DNA from: Macrostomum lignano
Lineage: Eukaryota
Reading direction: 5' to 3'
DNA length: 51,207 nucleotides
Assembly: GCA_002269645.1 (NCBI GenBank)
Contig: NIVC01001053.1
Span: 93,409 to 144,615, forward strand
Below the pieces are notes generated by a model. It saw only the letters and a list, made by a program, of their open reading frames with translations. It was not told the origin of the DNA and made no database searches. A program made the position numbers and the translations under genes. Shown one piece after another: positions 47,426 through 51,207 of this stretch. How positions within the stretch are numbered: position 1 is the stretch's first letter; every line of letters begins with the position of its first letter.

Positions 47426-48984
47426 AACAGTCAACTATAGGTAACTTTTCCCTTGTCAATGCAATACTGCAATGCCATCTAATTTACTTGAAATTTCGAA
47501 ATCTAGCTTGTTCAGCCTTCAACGAAAGACACAAGAATGCAGTCAAACATTAGCAGCTGTGTTTTAACTCTGAATATAGTCTTGATTAAGTTATTTGACT
47601 GCGCCAGAATCAATTTTTCTAAGAATTCAAGTAATCTACAGAGGCAAAATTAGAAATTTCATGGGGTATTACTCCTCCAAAATGGGGTACTACTCAGAGG
47701 CTTGATACCCCAATTCGGGTACTAATCAACAGCGAAAAAAAAACACTTTCTTAGTAGAGATTTTTGTGTTGGCTAGCGACGGAAGTCAAGGGTTATATTT
47801 AACTATTTTTGAGCCCAATCGACAGTTCATATTGCATGCATTCGTATTGTTACTCTCTGCTTTTGCGCTATTCATTTTTGGTTACAGAACTTTACTGTTT
47901 TTTTCAAATTATGCTGACAACCGTTTCAATTGCACAATTGCACCTTTTTCAATTAATTGTATGTAAGTCTTGGGAAGGCGATATTTCTCTGCTTTTTGCT
48001 GATTGGCCCTAACCTAGAAGGGGGGAATGTTCTGGAAGTTCATATTTTGTTACACGAGCTCATATTTTCGGGGTTTTTACTAATTTAATTGTACATGTAT
48101 TTTTTCTTTATTTAATGTACATGAGCCAACCCCTTCTCTCTCTGCTAACCTCACCCCACGTTAAATATTAATTAAAAAGGGTATGATTTTGGTAAGCGTG
48201 CTTTTTGCTAAGTGCTTATTTGTATTGTTTGCCTGCATGAGAATGCAGGGGTATTGAAAGGCTACAAACATCCGATTTTTGCCTACTTAATTATTTTTCG
48301 GTTTTTGAAGAGTTGGTCAATTTAACAACTTAACAACTCTACACATAAAGTGCATGTCTAATGTACATATATATTATCTTTTTAAGAGTAAATTAATAAT
48401 GCATACCAGCTATGCATAGGCCTACCTAACTTTTGGCATGCAAGCCCAATGCATGCTCAAATTTTTAAGCAAATTTTACATAACATGATCAGAAGGTTCT
48501 TATGACTTGCTAAAATTGGCAACAACATGTGTATAAAAGGCAAATTTGAAAAAAAAATTTTACTAATTTTAATAATTAATATTTTTATTAATTATTAATA
48601 TAAAATAGACTTATGACTAGGTCTAGTGTTTGTCTTTGACTTTAACAAAGCTAAGTTGTCTAACCTTAACCTACTCCAATATTAGTTAGAGTATTCTAGA
48701 CTACTAGAATACTAAATACTAAATCTAGCCTCTAGGCTAAAGACAAAATAGTAGCCTAGGCCTATTACTATCTAAACCAGGCTGCCAGGCATATAGCTAG
48801 GATTCATGTTAGGGGGGATAGAGACATAAATCCATCTTCAATGGAAGCATTGGAAGCAAAATACAAAAATAGAGAAATGTTTTCCCTTTTCTAGGGGGGA
48901 AATATACCTAGTGCCCCCTCTTAGCAATGCCCCAGCCCCTGGCATAGACATAGGTCAGGAACAAGGGGGGCAATAGGGTCATGG

Positions 48985-49383
48985 TAGAGGTCGGACGGGA
49001 TTGAAATCTTCGGCGGGATCGGGATCGGGAATAATTTTTTCTCGGGATCGGGATCGGGATCGGGATTTCGGGAATCGGGATCAGGTCTTTTAGTGTATTG
49101 TCCATGTAAAGTTAAACAAAATTGAGAAAAGATTGTCAAGATCAAGAAGTAAAACACAACGAAATTGATATAAAGTTTTATAACCAACAAAGTAAATAAT
49201 GTAACGAGTACAAGTTAAAGCAAAATACCTTCAAGTAATCACTAATTCTATAAATTATTTAATCAAAAGACCTGTTCCCGAATCTTGAGTTTTTTAGGGT
49301 CGGGATTCTCGTCCCGCGGGAATTCAATTTTCCTCGGGATCCTGAGATTTCGGGATTGGGATCGGGATCCCGTCCGACCTCTA
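48985..49383. mobile_element. MITE (399 bp) with 17-bp TIR and 7-bp TSD
   Basis: Perfect TIR TAGAGGTCGGACGGGAT / ATCCCGTCCGACCTCTA; GTCATGG at 48978-48984 and 49384-49390; subterminal (CGGGAT)n. Confidence 0.9.
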
Positions 49384-50831
49384 GTCATGGCCCTTCACTT
49401 TTTAAAATAGGAGGGAAAGACCAGTAATGGTATCTGGCCCCTCCATATTTTAAATATAAAATGTAGACTTATTGCTTATTTTTGGTTTTTGCTACTTTAT
49501 ATGAATGCATTTTGCTGCAGCCTGCAGGGCAATAAAACATAGTGCCTGCAGCACCAAAATGAGTGCCTACAGTGCTAAAATGAGTGCCTGTAGTGCCAAA
49601 ATGAGTGTTGACAAGATGTTAGATGGATTTTGAAGAATTAATTGGTACATTATAAAGTGCATTTTCCATATAAAAAAATCTAACTCAATGGGTCTATGCA
49701 CCCCCCCCCAAATCCATCACTGAACCTGTCCCCCACTTTTTGAAACATTCCTCCACATATGCCATATGGTAGGCCTATGGCCCCTGGTGTACACTAGGCT
49801 TGTGTCATAAATTTTATCCTATTTTTTATTCAAAGAAACACACTGAATAAATATTTGTTTAAATATATTTCAAAGAATAGGCCCTAAAATATAGGTAGGT
49901 TAGAGTTTTGAGTATCGTTACTGTATTGTTTCCCTCTTGTAAATTTAAGATTTAAAATTAAAACTAGTGATAGCTATGCAATGATACTATGATAGTAATA
50001 GTAATACCTTTCTGTAATCCACTAAAATAAATTTAGTAAATAGTAGGCATAAAAGGCAAGACAAGTCAACAAATTTTGCAAAATTTTACATAATACAGTA
50101 TCAGTATGACGCAATATAGGGCCTTGGCCTAGCGTGCGGGCGGACCGTGACCTCCAATTGATAGTGGTGGAAGTGTTAATTTTGTAATTAGAACGTTTTA
50201 AAATAGTTAATTTTATCATTCTTAAAAATTTATTTAAACACTATTACATCACTGGCAAATCAAGAATACGCAACTCTGACAACGCTTGAAGAACAACTAG
50301 GTTCAATTTGTTATAATGAGCTACAGTCCATCCGATATTACGAATACTCCCGGAGTCATTTATTTTTATTAAATAAATAAAATTAACATTAGATTTTTTT
50401 ACTAAAAAATCTAATAAATTAGGTTGGTTTTGGGGGATTTAATGTGTTTATATATTAATAATATTTGTACATTAATTCCAACTCTAAAATATAAATGTAG
50501 CTTCAGTCGCTGTAAAACTCCTGAAGATGAAGAACACAGAATACTGTCGTGTTTCAAAGAAAAAATGGGGACCGTGTACGATGGGTGAAAAGCCAAAAAT
50601 ACAGTGCAGAGACATCTTTTCATTTTAGGCACTAAATAGCGACATTCCAGATACTAGCGTGCAGAATATCTGTCTCCATCTCTGCAAATATGCTGTACAT
50701 ATAGTAGTTTAGTAGCAAAATGGTGCATGTACACACATTACTCTTTAATATATAATTTCTACTGAAATTTCTACTGAAAAGCTTCGATATTTCGTATACC
50801 GGTATCTTTGCGTGATACTGCATGCAACTAA

Positions 50832-51093
50832 GGGCCTTTTCATATTGCTTGTTCTGGTTCCAGAACCAGAACCAATTTGTGAAGTATAACTTTTTTTCTC
50901 CATAACTAGAGGGAGATACGTGCTATAAAGTTTTTATTATTGAATGACAATCGCCAAGAAGAAAGTAAAAAATTGTGCTAAGTGAGGTTGTTAAGGCAGT
51001 CAAACATTCAACAGAATTAAATAGTTATACTGCTGTTTTTCTTGGAAGATCCGAACCGATTCTGATTCTGGAATTGGTAATATGAAAAGCCTC
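50832..51093. mobile_element. PIF/Harbinger-type MITE (262 bp)
   Basis: TIR GGGCCTTTTCATATT / AATATGAAAAGCCTC (13/15), TAA on both flanks (50829-50831, 51094-51096). Confidence 0.8.
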
Positions 51094-51207
51094 TAAATAT
51101 GTCGAACGGGCAATTAAACTTACAAAATTAAAATTGTGCATCCACATACATAACATACATGTATCTCGTCTAGCTACATGTTATGAATACGAGCTAAATA
51201 TACGAGC

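Noticed and set aside
43880-47730. TACCCC/GGGGTA motif clusters (43880-43960, 47660-47730) as termini of the ZNF862-like hAT
   Set aside because: Motifs are shared in inverted fashion, but no defined TIR or 8-bp TSD could be read, so element ends are left uncalled.

Overview
Repeat-rich eukaryotic (invertebrate metazoan-like) genomic DNA with GT-AG introns; not prokaryotic, no CRISPR array. Two apparently intact host genes were reconstructed by hand with consistent splice phases: a 4-exon Wnt5-like gene (+, 16900-30586, 407 aa, 24 mature Cys, unusual 40-aa Arg-rich linker) and a 5-exon pelota/Dom34 gene (-, 41944-39236, 401 aa), tail-to-tail. The rest is transposon debris and tandem arrays: a cryptic, intron-containing hAT-like transposase relic (about 3.3-11.6 kb) interrupted by a hAT MITE and a LOA/R1-type LINE fragment; a Ty3/Gypsy relic without a 3' LTR embedded in a 24-bp satellite; a ZNF862-like hAT transposase pseudogene; two tRNA-derived SINEs; several MITEs with TIRs/TSDs; and many minisatellites that bracket exons. 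Most long ORFs in the supplied track are repeat artefacts. All family assignments come from motif recognition by eye, not database searches.
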